DNA from: Trypanosoma brucei
Taxonomy: Eukaryota
Direction: 5' to 3'
Assembly: GCA_000002445.1 (NCBI GenBank)
Contig: CP000066.1
Coordinates: 736,001 to 800,000 of the forward strand
Length of the DNA: 64,000 bases
Below, in pieces: positions 33,604-45,814 of the stretch (its first letter is position 1; every line of letters starts with the position of its first letter). The notes below the pieces were generated by a model, which saw only the letters and a list, made by a program, of their open reading frames with translations, ran no database searches and was not told the origin of the DNA. A program made the position numbers and the translations under genes.

Positions 33604-35304
33604 TCACTTCTTCTTCAATTTGCTCTCCTTTACCCAGTCCTTAATGACCTTCAGAATACTTTCAAATTGCTGTGAAACCTTCGGGTCATTGGCATGCTGC
33701 TGCACGCTCATATCTAACATTTTCATAACGTCAAATAACGAATCTGCCGGCTCCTGCCCAGCGAACACCTGCTGGAAGACACCAATGCAGGCCCCTTTCT
33801 TCCCCTCAATATACTCAGGAGCGCTGTCAAGACGCTCAAGAACATCAAACGCCTTCGCAGCATAGTAAAAGGCACACACCTTGTAGCAATCGTTAGCCAT
33901 GAGTTGAAGAATATTAAATGACTCGGCGCTGGTCTCCATCTTGAGGTAAATGTCCCAAGCCCGCTTTGCATGCTTGTTCATGATGTGTGCGCGCATAAGC
34001 CAACTCATGTAGCTGAACTCCGCTTTGACCTTCTCCGAACGCACTGCTGTGAGTGATTCCTCCGCCTCAGCAAAGCTCCCAGTTGCAGCGCATGCAATAC
34101 CATGAAGGTATAGAAAAGTGTCATCATTCAAGAAGTAGGGCTTAATGGAACGTAGGTAAATGAGCACATTGGGGAAGTCGCGCAAGATGAAGAAATACGA
34201 AGCCATGCATTGCCGACCTGGAATTGTATCGCACTCGGACTGTGCAGATCCTATGAGGTTAAAGTACTCACGCGTAGTCTTCAAATGCTCCTCTGAGTCC
34301 AACTTCTGTCCAATGAAGGCATTCACAACTGCTTTCAAAATGTACTCCGTTGAAGCCACAGGTTCAAGATCCTTAATCAGTTCATAGGCCTCCTCAATCT
34401 GCTCATGGCGCAGGTGATATATGACGAGATTCAGCCGAGCCTCTGGCACAACGTTGAGCAGTGGCGGAAGCACCTGAAGGGCGTCCTCGCCATTACGGAA
34501 GACAACCAAGTTATGCTTGACAATATCATTTTCTACATTGTAGGTGGAGCGCTGCAGGTCGATCAGCACACGCAGTTCCGCTTCAGCCGCTTTGCCATTG
34601 TACAGCCTGTAATGATTGCAGGACTTGAGATTAATGGCGGTGGCACTATTATTGTGCGATTGCAAATACACATTAAGCACTTCGAGACTAACATCATAAT
34701 AGTCCATCTTGTAGTAGCACATGGCCACGTAAACGTTCAGTGCGATGTACTCGCGGGTTTCGAGAAGTATGCGCTTATACACATCGATTGCCTCCTGGAA
34801 GTGACCGCGATAGAAATGAACAGCACCCAGCGATAGTTGATCCTCCACCGTTTCCTTCAGCTTCTGGTGATAGACAAGCAACTTGTCCTCATCATACGTC
34901 TTCTGAGCAATGTGAAACAGCAAGCGTGTCTGCAGTGAACAGTCCGGCCCCTTCAACGCACATTCCTCCGCCTCTGCGTAGGACCCGTTGACAAAATGGC
35001 AGCAACCCATGTGAATATAGTGCATTGGATCGCATCCATCAAGCGACAAGAGCTCCTTATATACATCGAGAGCTTTGGATACGTCATTCATGTGAAATGC
35101 ACTGTAGGCCAACCATGGGTTAATGGGGAGATCTCCCACTGGCTGGTTTGTTGTCTTATAAAACTCGAGAACGGTTGTGGCCTTGGAGAAGTCGCGTTGT
35201 TGCAGCGCTTCCTCAAGCTGATCAACAACAGATGTCTTTGTCTGCCCCACCTTCTGGAGAGGTGCGGCATTCTTACGCTTCACCCTCCCACTTGTAGACA
35301 GCAT
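33604..35304 (-). CDS. IFT56: Intraflagellar transport protein IFT56 (TTC26/DYF13 orthologue), TPR protein
   Basis: There is long-range collinear identity to human TTC26. Matching blocks include [165 protein letters not shown]. Confidence 0.85.
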
Positions 35305-36494
35305 CAGTCCGGTTCGTATTTATTAAGTGTAAATCCTTTATCTGCTGAATATCTCTACTATATCTTCCCCTTTATCCCCTTCACGATTTTTTTTCTCTTC
35401 TTACCTCGGTTAACTTTTGCTTTTTTTTTTCTTCTTAGCTTGCTTCCGCCCTCGCTTTTCCTCCCATGATGTAACGGAGTAGAGAGGTCGCAAGCACGCA
35501 GGGCGAGTTAGAAACAACAACAAAATTAAAAGAGGAGCATCAGTCACCGTAACGCAAAGGTTGTCACGCAACACAATGAAACCTTGGCTCAAACAGTTTC
35601 CCAGCAAATTAATATATGCATATACGTACCCCTGCGTACGTGAGTGGATGAGTGAGAGTGAGTAAGTGTGCCCGCGAAGAAAAAAAGAAAGGAAAAGAAT
35701 AACACAGAGCCATGGGTGTCCCCCTGCTCTGCGCAAACGATGACACATAAGCACGGCCCTTCTTCAGTGTGAACTCTCCTTGTCACGCTTCTCCATGGCC
35801 ACATGCACACGGTCCGTTGCATAACTCCGCATACTGCCGCCACATACACACACCGTAAAAGGAATAAAAGCCAAACCGCAGTAGCGTCCAATCAGTTCGT
35901 GGTCGCTCATCCGGCGCAAATTCATGCGCCCACGGGCCAATTCATAACGGGCACGCAGACGCCGCCCCAGTCGTGCAAGAAGCCGCATTCCATAAAAATA
36001 AACGGAATGTGCAGCTTCAAAAGGGAAGGAGAAAGCCCACTACTAGTATGCTGAAGTGGTCCCGTACACTACACCGCACGGGTGATAAAGGAAGGGCTTA
36101 TGTGTGAACACGTCAGTTTGACGTGCACGTGTATGCGTGTGTGCGTATGCGTGTGCGATCGAACGGGTAGTCTGCCTATTTGGTGGTTCGTTCCTATACA
36201 GGTTCCTGTTTGAATGCGTAAATGCAAAGTGATAAATTAAGTAAAGAATCTCAACAGGGCGCAAGGCGTAACGGATCAAATAACAATATCAAAACAGCTC
36301 GAGGTGGTGATGGCTTGCGTACGCATAGATATGTACGCGGCGATATGTGAAGAAAGGGAACGAAACGAAAGAAGGGTTACACACAAGCACCCTCACATGC
36401 ATAAAGGTGGATATGCATATGCACTCACTAACTGGTCCGCACGCCAAACAAAGAGAAAAGGCGTATGTGAAGGGACCTCGACTCCACGCGTGTC

Positions 36495-37475
36495 TCAAAT
36501 AATCTTGGGCCGTACGCAGTAGTGCGGCCCTTCCTCCACGTACTCCTCAACCGTAACACACATCTTTTTGAAGGTACTCAACTGGGAAAGAATCGCCCCG
36601 CCACAAACAGCAGCGTGAGCCGGATCCTTCACGGCGATGTATTGCGGTCCTTCTCTCTGCGTAACTGTGAGAGCATGTGTCATTGCTTCCCCAAGTACTC
36701 GCCCCACTCCCGTCATGCCTGAGGCTGCTCCAACAAGTACCCAACGATCCAGCGATGGGCACTCCAACAACGATTTTTGGTACATGTGCCGCAGAGCGTT
36801 TGGAGCGCTGGCTGTCGGTGCATTGTAAAGAAGTGCCTCACCCGCTTCCCGACATACAGACGGGCTGAGCGTCATTGGAAAGGTGCTCCCATCAGGAAGT
36901 GATATCTGTCGGGACACTGCAGGAGGCTCATCGCCAACAAAACATACCGTTGACTTGAGCGCGAGAAGCACCGGCTCACTGGCCTGCGGAATATGGCGGC
37001 GCAACACCGTGTCGGTATTCTTCGCTCCAACAGAGCGCACATCCTCGCCTAAAAATGACTGCGGAAACCCGTTCACCACCGGGACCGCACGAACACCCCC
37101 ATAGCCCACATCCACACAAACACCCGTCGTTTCTCCCGAGGAGAAAAGAGCCGTCGAGACGCTGTCCACTAGCGAAACGCGCTTAGCACCAAGGCATTCA
37201 AAGCAGCACTTCAGAAGCAGCTCGCGTTTCCTCCGCGGTAACCATGTGTCCGTCAGCAAACATAGCGTGAGCGCAGACCCAGCGGGGCATGTGTCTGAGA
37301 TCAACTCGGCAACATGTCTACCGAAGAGCACAATGTCTAGCGAATCATTAGCCGCGAAAGCTTGAGTTGGAGCCTCGTTAATATTGAACTCAAAGGCAGA
37401 GTTCTTATCAGCCTTTGAAATGCAGGTATGCTTCACTGTATGTGATCCATAATCAATTACACATGTAGCGTCCAT
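36495..37475 (-). CDS. Actin-like / actin-related protein (short, 326 aa)
   Basis: Actin-fold motifs in order: phosphate-1 VIDYGSHTVK; phosphate-2 GVCVDVGYGGVRAVPVVNG; adenosine motif RWVLVGAASGMTGVGRVLGE; and the C-terminal AAVCGGAILSQLSTFKKMCVTVEEYVEEGPHYCVRPKI (compare actin [38 protein letters not shown]). Confidence 0.7.
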   Translation of the reverse strand: MDATCVIDYGSHTVKHTCISKADKNSAFEFNINEAPTQAFAANDSLDIVLFGRHVAELISDTCPAGSALTLCLLTDTWLPRRKRELLLKCCFECLGAKRVSLVDSVSTALFSSGETTGVCVDVGYGGVRAVPVVNGFPQSFLGEDVRSVGAKNTDTVLRRHIPQASEPVLLALKSTVCFVGDEPPAVSRQISLPDGSTFPMTLSPSVCREAGEALLYNAPTASAPNALRHMYQKSLLECPSLDRWVLVGAASGMTGVGRVLGEAMTHALTVTQREGPQYIAVKDPAHAAVCGGAILSQLSTFKKMCVTVEEYVEEGPHYCVRPKII

Positions 37476-38599
37476 GTGATACTGAAATATATATATCGTT
37501 TATTAGGGGGGGAATGAAACTGTGCAACACGTTCAATGAAGGGGGAAATGGAAAAAAGGATATGCATAACGAGGCGCAAATGGGGTAACGTACAATAAAA
37601 GACATGCAAATGATGTCCACAACCACCGCACCGGCACTGAACATCAACTTAAGCGGGCTTACAACGGAAAAAAAAACGGGGAAGGCGAAAGACCATGGGG
37701 GGAAAGAAGGAAGAAAAGTGACAACGTGAAGCTGCTGCATGCATTTTATTACACAAGAGCGTGTGCGGGTGGATGCGTGTGTAATAGACTGAGGCGGCTA
37801 CTGAACTGTAACAAAAATCTTCACCAATTCCTCCCACCGACTTCACCTGCAGGGGGGTGGAAAGGGAAGGGGAAAGGGGAAAGAGCCGCGGTTGCGGACT
37901 CAGTACGTAAACGTCATATAAAAATGAGCCCCAACTGGGGAAGAAATAGAAAAAAAAAATGATAACAACAACAAATGAGAATAGTGACGAATCTCAACAG
38001 GTACACACACACATATATAAATATATATATATATATATATACGTGAAAATAATGTAGCGATAAACCCTCCCAAACATAAAGGCATGACAACGGTAAAAAG
38101 AGGAGAGCCACCTCAACCCCAGTCACTCAGCGCTGTTGTTATTGTTAACCGTTTGCCATCGTTGCACCTTTGCTTCATCCCTTCCTTTCTTTTTACCTTT
38201 TTTTTTCCTTTTCCGTCTCTCTCTCTCTCTCCTCGTCTCTCTTTGCTCTTGCTCCCTAAACATCTTGTGGGCGCTCCACTTCACTGTTTCTTCTCTTTTA
38301 CCTCACATCCAACAGGGAAGGTGAAAGTTCAATCACCCCTACTTTGGATCAAAAAAAAGAGGGGGAAAGGCTGCGCGACTTTACAGTTTGCACAGTCAAA
38401 CATATTTCCTCCTATTGACGCGGCAAACAATGGTCATACGGAAGTAATTAGCAATACATACCTCCAGAAGCAGTTAGGCATTGCAGTGCAAACGCCCACA
38501 TACCTCAAAAAACGTAAAAAAAAAAAAAAACATGAGCGTATAGAACAGGTCGTTTAGGTTTACGTAGAGAACGGGGAGCGATGGACCTCAAATATTATC

Positions 38600-39709
38600 T
38601 TAATGGGGAGATGTACGCCGGACACCATCAACAAATACACCAACACGGGACGTATATTCCGCAACGGCAGGTGCCCTTCCCTCAACAATGAACGTATCAT
38701 CAGCAACATTCGCCAATCGGTGCATGATGTCTTTGTACTGTTGAACTACTGGCGAATCCCCTTCTGCCGTCGTGGGCGTAGCGCTTTCAGCCCCAACACA
38801 CCGCCCCGTCAAGCCATCACAAGCGGGAGAGGAATACTGAGAACCCGCTGCAAGGGATGATTCCTCCATTAATGACATCACACGCTCACCATCACGGTTT
38901 ACGGTTCCCTCCCGCGTATCATTAAGTCCCACATTAGCTCCTGATGTCGCTGCCTCTTCCTCCCCAGGGTAGTTAAAAGTACTACTCCAATTCATCTTGG
39001 GTGTACGCCATGGTAACTCCTCGCGTGGGCACTTGCCATTCTTTGCGAAATATTCACCATATTTCAACGCACACTTCTGCAGTTGGTTCATCACCTTTGG
39101 AACGATACGTGTTGTGGTGAAGTTTATAACACTGTGCGGAATAGAGCCGCATGGATCGCTGCAGGTGATATACGACAGCAGGCAGCCCCCATCGCCAAAT
39201 GGTTGTATAAGGTAGCCGGTAATGATGGAGCGGGCGCGAACAAATTGTTTCTTTTCCGGGCAGTTCGGGTGTTTGACGGAGTGGTTGAAGATGACGAACT
39301 CACCATTGGTGAACTCCATCCACGAGCGAAGGTTGCAAAAGTCGCGGTTCTTTAATGGCCACGGCAGCTTTACGGCATAGTAGCCAATATCATTGTGTGG
39401 GCTCAAGGTCGCGATATTTTTACCTTCCAACATGTTCTCATCCCATGTCGCGCGGTATCCCGCATCGTGTAAGGTGTCGTAAAGATCTTCACACGTCACT
39501 CCTGGCATCTCTCGCTTCACACGCACGATATTAATTCCCGTGCTTTTGTCCTCAGGTGGCCGCGTTTCCACAAGCGTGTGAGAGTCGGAGTATTGCTTCG
39601 TCCATGCATTTGTTGAGAGGACCAACTCCTTAAACTTACGGAAATCGCGCAGTACCTGAAGTCTATACTTCTCTCCAGCAGACTCAACAAACACATCTTC
39701 TGTCGACAT
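38600..39709 (-). CDS. START (StAR-related lipid-transfer) domain protein
   Basis: The N-terminal ~230 aa have START/Bet v1-like features (YRATWDENMLEGKNIATLSPHNDIGYYAVKLPWPLKNRDFCNLRSWMEF...FVIFNHSVKHPNCPEKKQFVRARSIITGYLIQPFGDGGCLLSYITCSDPCGSIPHSVIN). The C-terminal ~130 aa are S/A/G-rich. The start is placed at MSTEDVF (ATG 39709). The upstream 46 codons of the track ORF are spacer-like. Confidence 0.75.
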   Translation of the reverse strand: MSTEDVFVESAGEKYRLQVLRDFRKFKELVLSTNAWTKQYSDSHTLVETRPPEDKSTGINIVRVKREMPGVTCEDLYDTLHDAGYRATWDENMLEGKNIATLSPHNDIGYYAVKLPWPLKNRDFCNLRSWMEFTNGEFVIFNHSVKHPNCPEKKQFVRARSIITGYLIQPFGDGGCLLSYITCSDPCGSIPHSVINFTTTRIVPKVMNQLQKCALKYGEYFAKNGKCPREELPWRTPKMNWSSTFNYPGEEEAATSGANVGLNDTREGTVNRDGERVMSLMEESSLAAGSQYSSPACDGLTGRCVGAESATPTTAEGDSPVVQQYKDIMHRLANVADDTFIVEGRAPAVAEYTSRVGVFVDGVRRTSPH

Positions 39710-41183
39710 TCTTATTAACAAAGACACACTCTCAATCACACGTACCTTAATGATATGGTAATAAGTCCTGGACAACCCCAAAGAGAGAGAGGGGGGTAAG
39801 TAACAGAATTTCACGAGAGAAAGATCTGCTTTTCTTTTTTTCTGCACCGCTTCCAGCCTTCGGTTTTCTTCCTGAAGTCTCCTGAGTTAAACAATAAAAG
39901 TAAAAAAAGGTGCAAAAGCAGGGGATAAAAAAGAGGAGAGCATTACCTGTGCGGTAAATATATAACAATCTTGTGCTCGAATACAGGGAAAGAGAATCGA
40001 ATACCGCCGCATAACAACAACCACATCAACATCAACGATGTCAGCAAACTGCACACGAACTTCCGAGCTTGCATTTATAAAAAAAAAAAAAAGAGTCGAA
40101 CAATGCAACGCAACACAGTGCAGAGCAGAGCATCATTACGAGTAATATACGAATAGCAAGACCGTTTTTCGAAGTCCACATGGCATTATATATATATATA
40201 TATATATACAAATGAATGAGTGAACGAATGAGAAGCAGTGGTTGAACATCCACACGTACTCTTTCTGATACTGTTTTTTTTTCCTTTTTCTCCCTTTAAA
40301 GTGCCTCACACTTGCCCTTTTTTAAAGTTCCCTTGTGCATTTTACCACACACACACCATCAGCCTTTACAGACATTTTCAACAACCGAAATGCGCGGAAT
40401 GTGCAATTTTTCTTCTTTGATTCATGCAAACGCAAACATTTTTTAGGGTGCATTTGTCGCTATCGTCATTGAAACCTTCACATATCTTCACAGACCCTTA
40501 CTTATTGACTAGGAGAATGGTAAACACTTAACTGTAAAAGTAGTAAAGGAAAGGAAAAGGAAAGAGAAGAAAAGAGAGAGAGAGAAAAGGGGGTACCGAA
40601 AAAGAATGCAAAAAATAATGGGAAAAATAAAGTTCACACACACACACACACACACGAAGTAAAGCCACACAACACTACCTGAAGTACATCCAGCGCCCTC
40701 CACCGTGCCGCATCTTCCTATTATCTTGCTTTCTCTATCATTATTCCACGTGAAGAATGATGATAAAGGTTAGTGTCGCTTTGTGGTAAACGGGGAGAGG
40801 GGGGAACAGAAAAAAAAAAGAAGGAATAAAAACGAGCAAAGAAGCGGTTTCAATCTTGCATTTCTCGCGTGTGCTTATGATTTGAATAAACACACATCTA
40901 TCTAACTTGTTTCTTCTTTTTATATTTCGAACCTCTTCTTCTTTCTTTCACACACGCACACAAGTACACGCATGCACATTGGACACTTCTTTCCTCGCAT
41001 TATTCAAAAAGTAAAAAGATTTATACTTACATCTGTCATTTCATGTAGATTTCCCTTCATCCGTCTCTCATACATACGGCCTTATCTTTCCCCTCCTTCC
41101 CCCCCCCACTTCTTGCTTCGCTGCTACTTTCTCTATTATTCCATCCTTTACATGCACATACACATACAAACTCACAAACATAT

Positions 41184-41231
<48 letters not shown>

Positions 41232-41461
41232 CATTTATTTATATTTGCGTGTATCAAGCTGATGGATCTTCTAAATGCCGCATACCACATCGTAAATACA
41301 CATGACGAATGGTAATAATAACAGCACCTCGACAGAGAGGAAGGGGAGAACAGGAAAAAAAAAGGAGGGAAGAACGCGGTGTCAAGTTTTAACTGAAACA
41401 AAAGAAAGAAGAAAAGGTACTCTCAGGCGTATACTCACACAATCATACGGGACGATATACC

Positions 41462-42268
41462 TCATGTCGGTGGATCGACGTCCAACCTTCCAACCACATG
41501 ATTGGAACCTAACTTTGCGTCACACCCCGAATGCACATGCATGGAGCCATCGAAACTGTTATCCACCCATATTCCCTTTCCACCCTGAGACACAAAAGCA
41601 CAATGCATGCCACATTCCCTCACCATATTCCCTTGCACAACAGGGTCACTGCCCTCCGTAACATATATCCCAAACTTCGATACATGTTCTACAGAATTCC
41701 TTTCCACAGAGCCCGATGATTGCCCTCGGAAGTAAAAGCCAAAGAGAACATCGCGGACACGATTGCGTGCAATGACTACCCTCGCATTGTTAGCGTGCAC
41801 GCCATTGACACGGCACTCATAAATGTCACAATCCTCCACCTCTCCCATTGAGCCGGTGGAAAAGTAAATGCCGTCACCACCCGATTCGCAGTGATGAATG
41901 CGTGAGCGTCTGACCGTCAATTTTGCCGCCTCCCCCACCCGAATTCCATCACATCCGTGATGAATGTCGCACTCTTCAATGACGGCATGTCCTTTGCGCA
42001 CATCTACGCGTCCACGCACCTGTAGGCCCTTCAAAGTGGCATTTGAACCAATAACAATACCATTTGTAACGATGGTTTCACTTTCAGTAAGGGACGCATC
42101 CCGCTCCGCTGTGACGGTGATGTCTTTAAATACTTTAGGCAGTTCCTCATAAAGGCCAGGTTTCAGGAGAACCGTGTCGCCATCCACAGCAGCGTTTATG
42201 GCCTCTGTTATGGAGCTGTAAGCCCCTTCCTCACCTGGATTGACAACGTGTGTTGTAGTTTCCATCAA
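41462..42268 (-). CDS. Right-handed parallel beta-helix (PbH1/pectin-lyase-fold) repeat protein (268 aa)
   Basis: A series of ~22-25-aa PbH1-like repeats, each with a hydrophobic-x-x-N/C-x-hydrophobic core and Gly: NGIVIGSNATLKGLQVRG, AVIEECDIHHGCDGIRVGE, LTVRRSRIHHCESGGDGIYFST, GEVEDCDIYECRVNGVHANN, VVIARNRVRDVLFGFYFRG, SVERNSVEHVSKFGIYVTEG, VVQGNMVRECGMHCAFVSQG. No signal peptide. Confidence 0.65.
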   Translation of the reverse strand: MMETTTHVVNPGEEGAYSSITEAINAAVDGDTVLLKPGLYEELPKVFKDITVTAERDASLTESETIVTNGIVIGSNATLKGLQVRGRVDVRKGHAVIEECDIHHGCDGIRVGEAAKLTVRRSRIHHCESGGDGIYFSTGSMGEVEDCDIYECRVNGVHANNARVVIARNRVRDVLFGFYFRGQSSGSVERNSVEHVSKFGIYVTEGSDPVVQGNMVRECGMHCAFVSQGGKGIWVDNSFDGSMHVHSGCDAKLGSNHVVGRLDVDPPT

Positions 42269-42754
42269 ATAACTCTAATGTGTAAAACTCCAAACTTTCG
42301 GGGGCACACAGGTTCTAAACAAATATGTTATTTCTTTACCTTTTTTTTAAAAAAAAAAAGAAAAATATATGAAGGAAGAAAAGGATCAACTACCTACCCG
42401 CTGTCGTTGTGGGTACTACGTATAAACGGTTTTTTTTTTGAAGAAAAAAAGAGGGAGAGAATATGATGAGAAAACAAACGGCAAAGGTGAAGAAGTATGA
42501 ACGATTGCATAAATGCATCAGCAGTGCAAGGATGAAGACACGAAGGTCCCCTACGTTACTGAGCGACACCGTCAAACAACGAATAAACTAATGATAATAA
42601 TAGTTTTGTGAAATATCGGTAAAACGTGTGTACCTGTAATGTAAAGGCCGTCAGAAACAAACTTTCCAACTAGCATAATTCATTCAGAGCGCGGTGTAAA
42701 ACAATTCATCATCGTACAGCTTCCAATTGTTGCTTCTGTGCAAACTCGGAGGAG

Positions 42755-45700
42755 TTATTCATCACACGCTTGTCGTAGCCACGCTGGCACGTTTGTCGTT
42801 TCAAACAACATAACCCTTTCCCCTTCACATTCGTCATGCAAAAGTCTGAGGGTGAGCGCAGCGACATGTAATCCCTCCTCTGCAGCGGCTTCATCCGTTT
42901 CTACTCCACAGATTCCCCACCCCTCAGCGGAGACGCTCTCCTTTAAACGGTATAATGATCCAGCCATCAACCCATCCGTGTCGGAGCTGCAAGTTGCCTC
43001 AACAGTCACAGACACCTCTGGGAGCGAGGCTGCCACAACTTCCATCTTGTATGATGTATAGAAGGTTGTGGACAAGAGGGGAATTGATGAAGGTCCCAAC
43101 GGGCACACGCGAAGAAAAATCCTCATCTCCAGCCGCACCGCTTTGGTGGGAATAGAGGATGAAAGGAGCAAAATAAGGCCGGAAGATGACGAGGAAAGAA
43201 GATACGCGAGTGTGTGCATTGGTCCCACGCGGGCCCGCTGTGCAACGGCCCGCGCATACGCATGCGTTGATGTCCCTGAAGGCTTATCCGCAACCGCCAG
43301 CATGCGAGGCAATACCGCCACGAGTGTGTTACACTCCTGTAAAGAACCCTGGGGCATCACAGAACGCAGTGCGAAGGTTTTTGAATTCTCCCTGTTCAAC
43401 TTCTTAGGGACACAACTGGGGTGAAGCCTGAAGTATGACTGAACAAATGCCTTCATCCCACCGTGACGGGCACTTTCAAAGGCAGCCAAGGCATCCTTTG
43501 TCCACTTGACGCGTATCTTGGCGGGACTCGAAGAAGGAAGTGGGGACATCAGTATCCGGTAGATGACATATCTGTTACTCAATGGTTTATCGTCTGGTGG
43601 GAGACGTCCATCAATTAAAAATCGCGTCAGGGAGAGGTACTCCGTCGCTATTTCATGGCTTTCATGTTTCTCCAGAGCATCGCATAGGCTACCCATGATG
43701 CCGTGCGCCTCAGCCGCTAGAAGACAAAGCCGCAACAGCCCCGCGGATCCCCATACGCAGTCTGGAAGTACGCTAAAGAATGTACCTGGTAATGAGCCCA
43801 ATGATGTACGCTGTGCTGCCCGAAGCAATGAAACACAAGAACTAAAATCAACATCCCCCTCAGCGCCTTGAAGAACACACTGAAGAGCATGATGCCAGTG
43901 CCCACCCTCAGCAAATCCCTGCAAAATGAACCGCCGCGACTTGAGTGAAGATGTGCCAAGCCCCAACGGCGCGCCCTCAGTGGAAGCGCACATGACTGCA
44001 TCGGGGGTGCGAGCGCAACGTAACGTTCTGAGAAACTTCTCCGGAACCTCACCATAGGTTTGAGCAACAGTCAACGCAGCCTCCCATGGGGACGATGGCG
44101 GCATCCCGCAGATAACAGAACAAAACAAACGGTGTATCGGTGGAAGCGCAATGGATGCAAACGATGTATAAAAGGCGAGTGCCTCCTTCCAACGCTTCGC
44201 ATCACGCAAGGCATAAATAGTTTGGAGACACGCATCCTGAAGAAACATATCCTCAGCTGTCGTGCGTGGAGGATCGCATGCAGCAATCATATCGACAACA
44301 TCAAGCGCACGCCACCACTGACCCGACCGGCGTGTAGCCTGCCCCAATGCAGAGGCTGTCATGAGCGAGGCGGTTTCATCCTCCCTGTGACTTTCTCGAA
44401 GGAGTTGAAAAAAGACTGAGTTCTTGCCTGCATCACTCAATAGGCGAAGAGCCGTTGGCAGTGTTTCCCGCCAATTTATATCACCACGCCCGATCGACTC
44501 ACTCATGGACCGTAACGCAGTCTCCCACACCAAACTGCGATCAGCCAAAAGCACATCACCGCACTCGTTTTGAAAAGCCAAGGCCTCTTCAGGGCTCCGA
44601 TGAAACAAAACCTGCCGAGAAGCGAAGTAAGCCTCTTCTCCGCCTATGTTCCACAGCACCCGCAATACAGCAGAGCAGTTGCGGGAGGAACCGCCAATTT
44701 TAGCGAGCGCCTCATGGCTCAAAGATGTGCCGCAGCATGCAACAATGTCCGACTGTGTACGAGAATCAACATCAGACATAAGCGACAGCATGTTTCCGAG
44801 ACTCGAGCTAAGCTTAAACAGGCGATACCTGTCGTCCACATCCTCACGATGTTTCACCTCAGTGAAAAGCTGCCGCAACAATTTAGTGTTTCCCTCAGCG
44901 CGGCACCTCTCACCCATACGAAGGATAGATGCAGGTGATACCTTTTTAAATGCCTCTACGGGAACTCCCTCATCCGTTCTAAAAATGAAAGGCCGCAGTC
45001 TATCGGAGACAAGAGGATCAAATGTCCGTCGGATAAAATCTCTTGCATCGATGTTGCCGCAGTGCGCTACATACCAATCCAGAGCGTAAAGAAAAACCCT
45101 ATATTCACGTGCAGTTTCCAATGCTTCTCCACCTCTCATAACACGTAATGCATTCTCCGCATGCATCTTGACACACTCGACCATATCTGGTCGGAAGCTC
45201 GCACCAACAAATGAAGAAGAAAGTACATAAACTATGCATAGCCGCAAAATATATTGTGTGTCTTCCCTCAACACAGACATGGCCCGCTTCTCCCGTAGCC
45301 ACTGAACATTCGATGCAAATGCCAGGACGCGCTTATGTTTATCCCCGTAATAAAGAACTGTAGCCAATAAAGCCGCACTGCGAATGTCCTCCCCCTCATC
45401 AATGTTGCCACAAATGGCAAGTGCCTTATGCCAAAATGACTGACAGTACGGCATCCGGCGCTCGTGCGGTAATGAAAGTGCATTGTTGAGTACCTCCAAC
45501 GCATGTATTGCTGAGCGACGACGGAAACCACTATGTGGGGCTGCGTAGAGTTGTGCCGACAACTCCTTAAGTGCCTTTGACCAGGCTGGCAACTGCGAAG
45601 TGAATAAAGATGAGTTGTTACTAACCTCCAGTTTTAATGGAGGCGATGGCGATAGAGGCACGGTTTCATTCATTGGTTCCATGTGTCTGCCATAAAGCTG

Positions 45701-45814
45701 AAAGAAAACATGTGAATCCGTTGCGATGTGGCAACACCGAGGGCCAATAAGTCGGCTCCCCGTAAATCGCCGCATTACTGCCGGCGCCATGTGTATTACT
45801 AGAGGCATACGCAT
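42755..45814 (-). CDS. Large hypothetical protein (~1020 aa), probably alpha-helical repeat protein
   Basis: The 1178-codon track ORF has a C-terminal ~1020 aa of complex, Leu/Ala-rich helical-looking sequence. The first ~159 codons (45815..46291) are F/L/S/C low-complexity read-through of the pyrimidine-rich spacer, so the start is placed at MRMPLVIHM (ATG 45814). No recognisable domain. Confidence 0.6.
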   Translation of the reverse strand: MRMPLVIHMAPAVMRRFTGSRLIGPRCCHIATDSHVFFQLYGRHMEPMNETVPLSPSPPLKLEVSNNSSLFTSQLPAWSKALKELSAQLYAAPHSGFRRRSAIHALEVLNNALSLPHERRMPYCQSFWHKALAICGNIDEGEDIRSAALLATVLYYGDKHKRVLAFASNVQWLREKRAMSVLREDTQYILRLCIVYVLSSSFVGASFRPDMVECVKMHAENALRVMRGGEALETAREYRVFLYALDWYVAHCGNIDARDFIRRTFDPLVSDRLRPFIFRTDEGVPVEAFKKVSPASILRMGERCRAEGNTKLLRQLFTEVKHREDVDDRYRLFKLSSSLGNMLSLMSDVDSRTQSDIVACCGTSLSHEALAKIGGSSRNCSAVLRVLWNIGGEEAYFASRQVLFHRSPEEALAFQNECGDVLLADRSLVWETALRSMSESIGRGDINWRETLPTALRLLSDAGKNSVFFQLLRESHREDETASLMTASALGQATRRSGQWWRALDVVDMIAACDPPRTTAEDMFLQDACLQTIYALRDAKRWKEALAFYTSFASIALPPIHRLFCSVICGMPPSSPWEAALTVAQTYGEVPEKFLRTLRCARTPDAVMCASTEGAPLGLGTSSLKSRRFILQGFAEGGHWHHALQCVLQGAEGDVDFSSCVSLLRAAQRTSLGSLPGTFFSVLPDCVWGSAGLLRLCLLAAEAHGIMGSLCDALEKHESHEIATEYLSLTRFLIDGRLPPDDKPLSNRYVIYRILMSPLPSSSPAKIRVKWTKDALAAFESARHGGMKAFVQSYFRLHPSCVPKKLNRENSKTFALRSVMPQGSLQECNTLVAVLPRMLAVADKPSGTSTHAYARAVAQRARVGPMHTLAYLLSSSSSGLILLLSSSIPTKAVRLEMRIFLRVCPLGPSSIPLLSTTFYTSYKMEVVAASLPEVSVTVEATCSSDTDGLMAGSLYRLKESVSAEGWGICGVETDEAAAEEGLHVAALTLRLLHDECEGERVMLFETTNVPAWLRQACDE

